From assembly GCA_001179505.1 (NCBI GenBank), contig CDMY01000708.1, forward strand, positions 1 to 64,000: a stretch of 64,000 nt of DNA, written 5' to 3'. The DNA is from Vitrella brassicaformis CCMP3155 (Eukaryota > Protista > Chromerida). The position numbers and the translations under genes were made by a program. Positions 11,335 to 23,647 of this stretch are shown here, piece after piece (within the stretch, counting starts at the first letter, position 1; each line of letters starts with the position of its first letter). The notes under the pieces are model-generated. The model had not been told where the DNA came from and searched no databases. It was given only the letters and a program-made list of their open reading frames with translations.

Positions 11335-12657
11335 GTGAGTGACCTACCTTTAAGACTGGCTGCCTGGCTGAGAGTGTGTGTGTGTGTGTGTGTAAGCTGA
11401 GGGAGAGAAGGTCCTCGTTGAGGATGAGGAACTTCGAGAGGAGGAGGTGAAACCCTCCAAACCTGGACGCATCAGCAGACGACGTAACCAACCAGTCAAA
11501 GACAGACAGACAGACAGGCGGAGAGACGTGCTCTTTCTCTGTGCGTGTGTGTGTGCGAGAGCACATACCTATGTATGCCATCAGTTCCGGGATGCTTCAT
11601 CCAATGGGCACCATTGCGGAAGGTGAGGGACAAGCTCGGCCGGCCGGACCACACTGCAAATGGTCATTTCCGTGACAATCTCTCTTGTGTGTGTGTGTGT
11701 GTGTGACGCCAGCCACGGACCGCCTGAACGACGAGGGCCCGCACGGTGGGAGCCAAAGCACGACAGAGAGAGAGACACAGAAAGACAGAGAGACGGAGAC
11801 TTGATTGATACGATCCGTGTCGGTGTGTGCAGAGTCCTTCATTACCATGGCCGACGACAGTGGGAGAGCACACCAAACAGACACATACACACCGAGAAGG
11901 ACGACAGCATGGGTGCGTGTGATATCTTGTGTGCGTTGCGTCAGAGTCTGTGCACCGCCACCTGCCGCCCTCGCACTCCACTCGCCGCCACACCCACTAC
12001 ACCGGCAACCACAGTGAGAGCACACTCACGAACACATCTAACGACACTCTCCTACCGGCATGTGTGTGTGTGTGTGTGTGTGTGATGGCCGGTGTGCAGG
12101 TGACTGACTGAGTCAGACTGACCGACCGAAAATTGAAGGAAGCAGGCAGCGAATGAGTCCACTCAGGAGAGAGAGGAGAGGAGAGGAGATACAGATGGAT
12201 GGATGGATGGCCTGACCGATCGAAGGATTCATGAGATGGATGAATGATGGCATGCGGCAGTCTGAGTGAGTGGCTGACTGACTGAGTGTCTGAGTGCTGC
12301 AAGAAACGAAAGCCAGCTGAGTGAGTGAGGGACAAGAGACGCACAGCGATGGATGGATGGATGGATGTGGGAGGGTGTGTGGACGGTCGGACGATCGACA
12401 CTCTCCAAAGTGGCTTGCAGCACGGCACACGTGCAGATGTCCATCGCTATCCAGCAAACCACACATCACACGCACGCGGTGCACCACATGCGGCGCGGCC
12501 CGCAAGGCTACCACCCAGCTGTGAACCGTCCGTCCACCTGGCTGGCTGTGGGTGTCTTCTGTTTGATGGTCCCATGACGGGACAGCGATGTTCATGGGCA
12601 CTGACTGATGCCCATGGCAACACCGTCCCGTCGTGCAACAGACCAGAAGCTGCCTCT

Positions 12658-15400
12658 TCACGCCAGTGCCTCAGCAGCAGTGGCCTTGGTGTGCATCGCC
12701 ACCTGCTGGCCTCTCCTGTCCTGTGTGGCTGAGGGGGAAGGGCCGGGGGGCGGTGGGGGTGTGCTGGTGCGCTTGACGCGCAGCAGATATGCCCGCACCT
12801 CATCCGCATCCACGGGCAAAGCGTCGAGGAATGACTGATGCACACGTAAGTAAACGAATGAATGGCATGGCCACACACAACACAACACACAGAGGTGGAA
12901 AGGGGAACCGCTTTCGCATGGTGCCATGGTGCCATGGGGTGTGCATACCTCAGTCACATAGCGCAGTGGCACATGGACAGCTGCTCGCCCAGCACGCCTG
13001 AGGGCAGCAGGCAGCACACACACACACAGAAGCGCCATTCGGCGTTCGTCCCATCAATCGTGTCTCACCCTCACCCATCACACACATACCGTGCAATAGT
13101 GGCGAGGCATCCCACGGCCTGTCCCCTGAGTGGGTCGCCGTAGCTGACCTCCTCTATCAAAATGGAGCACACCATCAGCATGTGAGCCAACACACGCTCG
13201 CTCAACCCAAGAGACGCCAGGGAGCACTGCTCCTCAGCCTGGACCAGGAAATCAGCCAGGCTCTGCGTTGCCTTCAGCTGACCAACCACATGGACGGACG
13301 ACACGACCACACACACTTCCACTTCATCTTTTCGTTCAGTTCAGACAAGGGGCTTCCTTCCGACATATTTACTTACCAGCAGCAGCTGCATCTCCCGCCT
13401 CAGGCCGTGTTTGCGCAGCACGTCCAGTGTCTTGAGCAGGATGTGGGCGATGCTGGACGCCTCAAGAGGCGGCGGGGCCGACGCCGACGGGCCGTCTTGG
13501 ACGCTCAGACGGTAGCACAGTAGCTCGCAATAACCGCTGATCGCCTGCCGAGGCACACACAGAGAGGGTGGGGCGGCTGTGGTTGATTCTCTATCTTGCT
13601 GGGGCTCACTCACCTCGGCAGTGTTGGGTTCCATTCTGCGGATGGTGTTTGTGAGCCGCCTGACCTGCTCGTCGGTCATCATTTCGACAGCCCTCTCCTC
13701 CATAAGCCCCTTGACACGCCCATGCAGCGCATCGGCATCGGCCGCAGAGTACCCCAACTGCGTCAAGTTGGCCACCGCCAGAGCCAGAGACGTCAGGTCG
13801 TCCATGTCGAAGGCCCCGAGCCGCTCGGCAGTCGGGTGTGGGCCGCCCCCCACGACCCTGTCAATGTGCTCCCCCACTACCTTGACCGTCTTGTGCTGTC
13901 GCGGCAAACGCAGCTCGCTCAGTGACAGCATCAGCTGGGCGAACTCCTTGGCCATCAGTGCCTTGTGGCCGCCACTCGCACCCTCCCTTTCTCTCTCCCG
14001 CGCCACTCTCTGTCCTTCCGGCGATGCGGCGCTGGCCGGGGCTTCCTGTGGACCCTGTGACGCCGCGTTCGTCAGCCGGGGTAGCTGCGCCGTCACCTTG
14101 AAGGCAATGGCCTCGCTGACGTCCTTGACGAGGCCCTCCTGCTCCTTCTGGTGGTTGGCCGACGACAATGCACAGCCGTCGACGACGGCGATCAGGCCCG
14201 GGATGGGCAGACTCAGACACGTGCTGAGCAGGTGGTGGGCGAGCCGGTGGCTGCCGCTCTCCGTGTCGCCTCCCTCTCCAGACGATAGGCTGCTGCTGCT
14301 GCCGCCGGAGGATGGTGCTGAATCGTCCTCCGACTGCTTGTCGAACTGCAGGAGGGCCGCCCGTCTGTTGAGAGAGAAGAGATCCCGCCCACTCCACTGG
14401 CCGACAGACAGGCCCGTCAACACGCTCGATAGCAGCCGGTTGAACAGCTCCGGGTCTCGCGAGCCGATGGCATGCATGGCGGAGGGAAAAAGCTTCAGCT
14501 CGCTCATGTCCATTGCCGGCAGTGCGTCGACGAGGTGTTTCTTGAGGGTGTTGCGTGTTGCGAAATCCAGCTGGTCGAGGTGGGCGGCCGCGTGGATGGC
14601 GCGGCAGATGAGGGCATCGGATGGGGCGAGCGAGGGAGAGGGGGAGGGAGAGGGGCTGGTCAGCTGTTTGTTGTCCTTGGCGAGAGCCGCAATGTCAGGC
14701 ATCCTCTGGATGATCTGTCGGCTGATTCTGTGTGGGAGGTTCTCCGTCTGCCACGTCTTGTCCCACAGCTGCAGATTCTTCGCCGCCTTTGCCTGCATCC
14801 ATCGCATTGCATTGCGCCCCATCCGCACACACACAATGACTTCCGTGTATGGTGTGCGGCACTCATTGTCAGTCAGACCTTGAGCAGTGCGTATGAGGCC
14901 CCGATGTCCACGAGAGCAGGAAGGTCCAGCCCCGTCAGCCGTGCAGACACCTCGGGATTGAACACCGCCTGCATCTCCTTGGTGAACCGCCGCGAATACA
15001 CCAGCACCGACACTGCTGCAGCCAACTCGCTCCCTGACAGGGACCGCGCAGACGTCCGCAGCTTGCTCATCAGATTGGCCATCTCGCCTGTGTCCTCCAG
15101 CAGGACGTCCCGCCTCACTGCAGCGATGGAGGCGCACACACGGACGGCCTGTGAGGGGCTCAGCGAGGCCGCCAGGCCGTCCAGCCGATGAGCTATCACC
15201 CTCCAGGTCTGGCGGGAGTCATGCCGGTCGGCCGTCAGCCGCTCCACGAGGGCGAGAAAGGGGGATGCGTCCAGCTGAGGGATCTGCAGCACATCAAGCG
15301 CCCGGGTAGTGGATGAAGCGAAGTGACGGCCATGAGTGAAGGGCAGTGGGATGAGAGCCGGGAGCGCAGGAGGTCTCAGTGGGCGATAGATAGACGCCAT
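12658..15400 (-). CDS. Probable mitochondrion-targeted alpha-helical repeat protein (HPR/FASTK-like character, family unassigned)
   Basis: N-terminus MASIYRPLRPPALPALIPLPFTHGRHFASSTT is presequence-like (RHF/AS). It has a large exon of about 1.2 kb (AKAAKNLQLWDK...RRMEPNTAE) and later exons LLCYRLSVQD..., GQLKATQSLADFL..., QSFLDALPVDADEVRAYLL...EALA*. Leu/Ala-rich helical composition. Confidence 0.7.
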
Positions 15401-15435
15401 CTGAGGCAGGAGAACGGGGAGATCAAACTGGCGCT

Positions 15436-15444
15436 AAGCTCGCA
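15436..15444 (+). promoter_or_regulatory. Candidate promoter element AAGCTCGCA in the 102-bp head-to-head spacer
   Basis: CTAAGCTCGCA at 15434-15444 plus the variant GAGCTCGCG at 15450-15458. The same 9-mer recurs upstream of many genes in this window. Confidence 0.5.
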
Positions 15445-15502
15445 ATGGCGAGCTCGCGATTTTTGACGTTCGCGTTCGACGGGAGAGGAGGGAGGTTCAC
15501 AA

Positions 15503-17286
15503 ATGATGGCATCAGCGACTCTGGCGGACGAGCTGTCGCCGCTGCCACATGGCACATCAGAGAACAACTCGTCGCCTTCCTTGGCGACAGCTCCATCGCT
15601 CTCGCCCACCAGCAAGAAGTCCTTCTACTTCGACACGCCGGAGGAAGCCAAGGTGGGCAGAGATGGCGAGGCGATTGTTGCCTGAAGATGGACGCCTTGA
15701 TGTGTGTGTGTCTGTTTGTCAGTCTGAAGCCCTCCGTCTGGCTGAGCTGCACCGCACGGGCGATGCGGCCGAGGTGTTGGCCTTCATGAGGCACACTTTC
15801 GGCCAAGAGTCCGTCGTGGACGACCCTGTGCTCGCGGCCATTGCGCAGAGGAAACAGGTACATGACATGACCCGGAGAAAGACAGACAACACAGAGGCGG
15901 TATATAGTTTAGTGCCTGGTATGGTATCTGTCTGCCAGGAGGTGGACGATTTCTGTTCGACGATCGACTCGCGTGAGGGGTGGATCTGCCATCTCGACAA
16001 CGGGGAGAAGCTGCGGGTGCTCTACAAGGGGACGGAGGGCTGCAGCGCCGCCACACTGAGGTGCGAGGGGCTCGTGGACGCGCCGCTGATCGACATACTC
16101 AGCGTCCTCAACGAGATCGACCTTTTTAAAATGTGGGTGCCTTACTTCACCATTCCCATAAAGTGAGCGACCGACAGGGAGAGGAGGGAGGGAGGGAGGG
16201 TGACGGCATGGAGGCACCCGGCCATCCTCTCTGTGTGTTTGTGCGTCTTCTGGTCAGGCTGGGTTTGCGTGACTCGTTGAATCTGTGGCGCAACGGGCGA
16301 ATCGATCAGATCGACATATTCAAGTCAGCCCATACTCGCAGACAGAGGCACACACATGCCAGGCCAAGCTGGGAGTACGCGCGTGTGTGTCTGTGTGTGT
16401 GTGTGTGTGTGTGTGTTGTGGTCGATAGAGTGGACATGCCGTGGCCGTTCAGCAACAGGGAGACCTGCCTGTTCATATTTGCCGTCGACGAGCTCGAGTC
16501 GGCCAGGCCGCGCATCGTCGCCCGCATGTACGACACCGACCACAACACCGATAAGATGCCACGGGTATGTTTGACGCATGGCCGCCATGACCACATACAC
16601 ACACACGAGTATCTGTGTGTGTGTGTGCGTGTGTCTGCCGTCCTGCCACAGGATGGTCTGCGGTGTATCCCCGCGGTGGAGGATGGCGCGTGTCGTTTGG
16701 GTGTAGACGGCGGCATCGCCCTCTACCCCAAGAGCGCCAACCTCTGCTACCTCCAGGCCTCATGGACAGTCGACTTCAAGGTCGACATCCCGGGATGGCT
16801 AATCACGTTCATCTGCAGGTCAGTGCAGTGGAGTGGAGCTCCCCTTCCTCCCCTTCCTCACCGCGGCCGGCCATCTGTCTGTGTGTCTGTTGCAGGCAGT
16901 TCGCGTGGTTTGCCTGGCGGGCGTTGAAGCACATCTGCCGCAGCGCGTCCAAGAGCCCGACGCACATGTCCCGCCGCGCCCACAACCGAGCCCTCTACGG
17001 CTTCATCGAGAGCAGGCTCAAGGAGACCAAGCTCCTAGTGCCCCCCGCAGTCACCCCCCTCCCCGACGCCATGCTCGCCGACGAGGATGACGAAAACAAC
17101 GCCGAGGAATACGACGAGAGCTCGCCGCATGACGAGTATTACAACCACGCTCGGACGCCGCACCACGACAGCGAGGCGATTTTACACAAGGTGGCGGCTG
17201 AGAGGCAGCAGTGGGAGTCCACACACCCGACTGCTGGGGGCGAGAGGAAGGATACTGGGTGGAGGGCATGGCTCCTCGGTGCGTAG
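15503..17286 (+). CDS. START-domain (lipid-binding/transfer, SRPBCC fold) protein
   Basis: W...G.KLRVLYK...ATLRCEGLVDAPLIDILSVLNEIDLFKMWVP...VDMPWPFSNRETCLF...VDFKVDIPGWLITFI, with the START hallmarks PWPFSNR and the C-terminal IPGWL helix. Stop TAG at 17284-17286. Confidence 0.9.
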
Positions 17287-17314
17287 CTGGAGGGAGGGAG
17301 GGGGGCGGGGGAGG

Positions 17315-17614
17315 NNNNNNNNNNNNNNNNNNNNNNNNNNNNNNNNNNNNNNNNNNNNNNNNNNNNNNNNNNNNNNNNNNNNNNNNNNNNNNNNNNNNNN
17401 NNNNNNNNNNNNNNNNNNNNNNNNNNNNNNNNNNNNNNNNNNNNNNNNNNNNNNNNNNNNNNNNNNNNNNNNNNNNNNNNNNNNNNNNNNNNNNNNNNNN
17501 NNNNNNNNNNNNNNNNNNNNNNNNNNNNNNNNNNNNNNNNNNNNNNNNNNNNNNNNNNNNNNNNNNNNNNNNNNNNNNNNNNNNNNNNNNNNNNNNNNNN
17601 NNNNNNNNNNNNNN
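17315..17614. other. Assembly gap (300 N)
   Basis: Run of N flanked on both sides by G-rich tracts. Confidence 1.
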
Positions 17615-20000
17615 GGGGGGCGGGGGGGGGGGGGAGGGAGGGAGGGAGAGAGGATGGGAGCCCTTTTCGATTTTCGTTGTGGGCATCTTTGTCTTTGTCT
17701 TTGTGTGCGCATGAGTGTGTGTGTGTGTCCCAACTGGGGGGCTGGCGGGTGCCTGGGAGAGTTAGAGTCACTCACTTACATGTCAATGTGATGTGTGCGA
17801 ATCTCACATACTATCATGTCATGGTGGACCCATACATGGCGGACACACAGGGACGGACGGTTGGCCATCCATCCATCCATCCATCCCTGGGGCAGCATAT
17901 ATGAATTTTTCGCCTCCTCTGCCTGCAGCTGAGGCTCGGGCTGGGCTGGGCTGGGTGGCTGGCATGGCACACCACCCACCCACCCCACACATGCGAAACG
18001 AAGGAGGTGGGGCGGTTTCATCCGTGCCTTCTGCAGGCAGGCAGGCATGCCTTCATTCTTCATTGCTTCCTTCATTCATTCATTCATTCACTCATTCATG
18101 GAGTGCTCTAGTGGTCGGATGGGTAGCTAGCGCTCACAAGGGAGAGGGAGGTGTACAGCGGCAGGCAGGGAGGGAGGGACCGAGAGGCAGTTCAAGGACT
18201 GAGTGAGAGATGAGCGAGTGTGTAGTCGACTGACTGACTGACTGACTGTGGTTTGGTTAAAGCAACACAAGACACGGCAGCCGTCAGAAAGACGAATGGC
18301 TGGCTGGCTGGATGGATGGACGATTCACCGACGGACACAGACAGACAGACAGACAGAGAAGGGCACGCGGCGCATTGTTCTCGTCTGTCACTCACTCACC
18401 TACTGCACCTGCTCAGATGAGGAGGAGAGTGAATTTTCCGGGGCCGTGTGTGTTGGGTTCACTCACTGGACACTTGCTTACTTTGCTCAACCATCTAATG
18501 GTGCCTGAATGACGCGACAAGAGAGAGCGGGCGAGGGAGGTGAGTCCAAGTTACTGCCTGCCTGCCTGTCCGTCTGTCTGTCTGTCTGTCTGTTTGTCCG
18601 TCTGTTTGTTTGCCCAACACAATGACTGGTGCGTGTGGCTATGCATTGCACTGCATTGCGTGTGTTGAAGATCCATCGACTCGAGAGGGGGGGAGGAAGG
18701 GAGGGAGGGAACTGGCTGCATAGATATGTAACTGATATGTAACTGTATAACCTGGTATAAGATGACCTGCGCTGCTCTGAACCATCCAATCCATCCATCC
18801 AACCGTGGCCCATCTGCTGCTCGATACCATACCATAGCATAGCATACAATTGCCTGCTGTGGCTGTGCCTGCACACATACACATCCTGTCTGTCTCTGCA
18901 CTGCCATGGCTCTTTTGCTGCCTGCCTGCCTGCCATGTTTTGCGCTGCCTTGTGTTGTGGTGCGTTGGCTGTCTGTACGTGTGTATGTGTGTATGTGTGT
19001 ATGTGTCACATAGACACACACACACTCATTGTTCATTCCTTCATTCCACTCACATATCCATTCCATTTTCCCTTTTTCGTTGAATACTGGGCTGGGCTGC
19101 CCCCACTCATTTCGCACATACATAACATTCACTTAGTCATTCCATTCCATTCCACAGACAGTCTGATCGACCACTCTTTTTCGCATTTGTCTTGGCTGTG
19201 TGTGTGCCTGCCTGGGTCCCATTGATTGCGTGCGTGTGCAAAGCGAGCGGGGGCATAGTTTTGTTGAATTCACAGCGAGCGAGCAACCCAATTGACTGAC
19301 TACCCACCCCCACACGTGTACAACGCCCGTGTACCCGCATACATTAGGTGTGCGTTGGTTGGTTCTCATAATTCATTTTTCTCCTTCGGCCTGTGTGTGG
19401 TGTGGTGTGGTGTGGTGTGGGTAAGAGTGTGTGTGACGCACCGCACGCAGTGTGTGTGGCGTGTGCCAGGCCTACCGCGTGCGGTGCGTGTGTAAGCAAA
19501 GCAAGGCAAGGTGGTGTCTATCTATCTTATCTAGCTGGAGCTCAGTCATTACATAACATCAGTGAGTGGGTGCGTGTAGAATAATGGCTGGCATGAGAGG
19601 GGGGAGGGGAGGGAGGGGGTGGGGCGAGAGAGAAAGACACGGAGGGAAGAGGGGAGGGCAGGTGATACTGTCGATGGACCTTCTATCGCGATGTGAGTGA
19701 TCTTCTGGTCTGTTTGATCGGTGTTGGATGGAACGGCCATGTCATGGTCATGCCATGCATTCCTGGCTCGCCATGAATGACATCGCCGTACGTACCGACA
19801 CCCTCTGGACGGACAGACAGACACGCCGTACTAACGAACTGTACACATGTATACAATACGCCTTGCTGCACAAAGCTTTAGCACTCGTATGATTCACACG
19901 TGCAGTGCATGCAGCTCCAGAACGATGCAGTGCAGAGGGAGGACATCGTGTATACGTAAAACAATGACGTATGCGATGAATTCAATCGCTCAACATCTCG

Positions 20001-20009
20001 AAGCTCGCA
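20001..20009 (+). promoter_or_regulatory. Candidate promoter element AAGCTCGCA, 11 nt before the kinase ATG
   Basis: Exact 9-mer; predicted ATG at 20021. Confidence 0.5.
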
Positions 20010-20020
20010 GTCTTTCTTTC

Positions 20021-23000
20021 ATGGATTCCGTAGCCTTAACCATCCGTCGTGCCCGTAGATGTGGTGACCCTTCACTAGATCTCAGCAACAAAGGTGAGAA
20101 ATCAGCCCTGGAAGGCCACAAAGATAGCATCTCTGTGCACCCCAGGTCTTGAGGCGCTCCCGGATGAGCTATTTCGCCTTGGCGGTCTCACACACCTCAA
20201 CTTATCCGGCAACAAGGTAGGTCACACATTTGATTGGTGAAGAATCGCGTTTCTCCCCTTCGATATGCCGGCGTGCTGCCGTCCCATCAGCTGCACAGTT
20301 TGGATGGTCGTCTGGCGCAGCTGAGCGGGCTGAAGGTCCTGCTGGTCGACGACAACCAGCTCACACACCTGGATGAGCCCCTGGTATGTCATCGATGCGG
20401 TGCACACCGGATACACTGCACCCCTACTTCTTTGCTTGTGACGAATGTGTCAATCAATGCAGTTGAGGCCGCTGCCGTGTCTGCAGCGTGTGTCGGCCCG
20501 CGGCAATCCGCTGGACGATGCCTCACAGCAGCTGCTGACCCAGCTGGGCTATAGCACCGTTGTCGATAGCGATACAGTAGAAGAGCTGGTGGAGTTGCCG
20601 CTGCCCGCCTCAAGACCTGTGCCGCCCATGTCCGCCCCGGTGAGTGGTGTGGGTGGGTGGGCGAATGTGTGCTGGCTGGAATGCATCTATGCATCTGAAT
20701 CTCTCAGATGCATGGCATGGATGGATGCATTTGTGTGCCGCTGTGGTGTGGTGTCTTCAGGGGGGTCGGCGGGCGCGCCCCGTGGCAGACTCTAAGCCGC
20801 TGGGCCTCATGGTGGACGATCGCATTGACATCGATCGTTCGAGCCCCCTGCAGCCGTCCCTCCACCACCACCAGCAGCACCACCACCAGCCGCCCACCTC
20901 CTCCCCACCCCCCCTATGGCTGCAATCCACACCCCCAGCGGGAGGAGACGGCGCGACCACCAGCAACAGTGGCGGCGATAGAGGCAAGCAGCTTGGCGGC
21001 CGTGTTGGTGTAGGTGGTGGGCTGGTGATGGACGAGTCGCCGCGGATGAAGGAGCTGGAGCAGCAGCTCGAGGTACCGTCGGTGGACAGGAGGGAGGGCA
21101 CATGCGTGGTGATGGTCGTCATCTGATGGATGTGTGGGTGTTGTTGGTCAGGACGAGCGGCGGAAGAACAAGCGCCTCACACAGGGTAGGTAATGGGCGG
21201 GGGCGTGTTGATCGTATGGACGCATCCCTATTGCAAGCAGAGATAAAGCGGCTGACGGAGCGTCTCCGGGAGCAGGACACATCAGGCTTGGTCGGTATAG
21301 CACACAATACATACCTCAGCACCCCAGACGAACACACAGAGGACAATCGATGTTTGCGAACACACAGGGGGGCATTTCCTCCTTCACCTTTTCCGAGGTC
21401 ACCCTGGGCAAAGTGAGTACAACACGGCTGGCACAATGAGCAGAAAGACCCGGACGATTGTGCGTATCAGGTGGTGGCTCAGGGTGCGTTTAGCACTGTC
21501 CACGAGGGCGAGTGGATGGGTGCGAGGGTAGCAGTAAAGAAGATATTCGACCCCAGCGGATCCCAGGACGTCCGAGACGAACTGGTGGGGGTGGGGCGAA
21601 TGGCCACACACACACACACACACACATACACACGCAAACACACACGTGTGTGTGGGGGGTTTTGTGTACAGACGACAGAGGTGGATGTGTTGAGCCGCGT
21701 CCGGCACCCGCACATCGTGCAGCTGATGGTAGGGTGCGCAGCCAGCCAGCCAGCCAGCCAGCCATAGATGGTATGCGTGGATGCATTTGTGGCTGCAGGC
21801 GTCGTGTTTGCAGTCCCCCACGGTGGGTCTAGTCATGGAGCTCGTCGAGGCGGGATCGCTCTACGACGCCATACACACAAATCGGTTGGTACACATTGAC
21901 ACACACACACTCACGAGAGAGAGAGAGAGAGAGAGGAGAGAGAGTGAGGGTGAGAGTCGGCCAAGTACATTCTCCCTCTCTCTCTCTCTCGCCCCCCGTC
22001 CCCCCGTCACTCCCCGCCCCGCCCGCAGGCATCCTGCGTTGCGTGAGGTGAGTGTCCGTCTGCGCGTGGCGTTGGAGGTGGCATCCGCCCTGGCCTACCT
22101 GCACCACAGAGGGGTCGTCCACAAGTCAGTCCACCAAGGGAGACAGACAGACGGACGGCTGGCTGGGATGATGCACTGGTGTGTGTCGTGCTGTTGTGTG
22201 GGTCACTCTCATCTCAGGGACGTCAAGAGCTTCAACGTGCTGCTGACCCAGGGTAACTAAGTCCGGAACATGCCATTTGTCCATTGGATCTCTCCCCCCT
22301 GTGTGCCTTTGCGCAGACTTTCACGCCAAGCTCTGCGACTTTGGGCTAGCCAGACTGAAGGTCACACACACGCACACACGCCCGCCGATCCATTCATTAC
22401 ATGAGCACTCCTCTCTCTATGTGTGCCTGTCTGTCTGTCTGTGTGTGTGTGTTGTATCAGTCGACGCTCAACACGGGCCGTCTGCAGCACGCCGGCACGC
22501 CAGCCTACATGGCCCCCGAGCTGTTTAGACAGGGACACTACACCGAGAAGGTCGACGTCTTCGCCTTCGCCGTCCTGCTGTGGGAGGTACGGCACGCGCG
22601 GCATGGCATCCATGGCATCCATCCATCCATCCATTGTGTGATCAATCGTGTGGATGTCATGCCATGCGACACATGGCATGGGGGCGTTGGTGTCGGTCCT
22701 TTTTTCCTCGATGGTTGGTTCAGTTGTTGACGCTCGAGGTGCCGTTTGATGGGCTGGACGCCCTGCTGATAAGGCCCAAGGTCGAGTCGGGGGCGCCGCT
22801 GCACGTGCCTTCAGCAGGTGGGTTTCGGGGGTGGGGGGAGGGCGGGGAGCCAGCACACACACACACACACACACATTTCCTGTGCGGGTCGTGTGGGGTG
22901 CGGATGTGTGTATCTTCAATCAAATCAGGCTGTCCGCCTGACATCCGGCAGCTGCTGCACGAGTGCTGGTAAAGTTGCAAAGCGGTGGATGTGTGTGTAT

Positions 23001-23153
23001 TGCACTGCCCCCACTCCCTATCTACTCTACTTGCTTGCACATGTGTGGTGTGTATGTCTGTGTCTGTGTCTCTCTGTCAGGTCGGTTGACGGCGACCAGC
23101 GCCCCCCGATGGCCCATGTAGTCGAGACGCTCAAGCGGTGCGTCCAGCAGTGA
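20021..23153 (+). CDS. LRR + coiled-coil + tyrosine-kinase-like (Raf/MAPKKK-type) protein kinase
   Basis: LRRs: LDLSNK|GLEALPDELFRLGGLTHLNLSGNK|LHSLDGRLAQLSGLKVLLVDDNQL. Kinase motifs: GAFSTVHEGEWMGARVAVKK, HPHIVQL, VH|RDVKSFNVLL, KLCDFGLAR, GTPAYMAPE, KVDVFAFAVLLWE, CW|SVDGDQRP. Stop TGA at 23151-23153. Confidence 0.93.
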
Positions 23154-23647
23154 ATGAATGAATCCATGCCATCAATCAGACTCGTTCGCCATTGCGTATG
23201 ACTTCCGTTTCTGGTCTGCTTGGTTTGCCTTTCGGCGGTCTGTCCATGGGATGTCTCTCACGGTCATTCATCCCTTGTTTCCTTCCTGGCCATGAATGAC
23301 ATCGCCATGCCGACAGACACGCGGCCGAATAGACAGACAGACAGACAGAAGACACACACATACAGCGGATTGGACTGAACGCCTCACGGACGGCTGCATG
23401 AATTCACTGCATTCACTCACTGCATGTGGTCCACAACGAGCAAACAAATAAATACACTGATGAAAAGTACAGTGTAGTCAGTGACATATTATAAACAGGG
23501 AGGGTAGTAAAGACACATACAAACATGCAGCAAACGCCCCGCCCTTGCCACACGGATCACAGACAGACACACACACACACAGATGCACGACAAACGCGGG
23601 TCGCACGCAGCCACTACTGGACGGAAACCGCTGTCTCGGTGTGCTAC

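Noticed and set aside
10405-11400. Dual long open frames over the 84-nt repeat (possible overlapping gene)
   Set aside because: Repeat periodicity and GC richness explain the open alternative frames; only the G/Y-rich frame shows repeat-consistent codon usage.
13579-14883. 434-aa ORF on + strand
   Set aside because: Antisense shadow of the GC-rich large exon of the minus-strand helical protein; its Ser/Arg-rich composition is typical of such shadows.
17650-19990. 2.3-kb interval with several short ORFs
   Set aside because: Mosaic of microsatellites with no coherent exon chain; treated as UTR or intergenic DNA.
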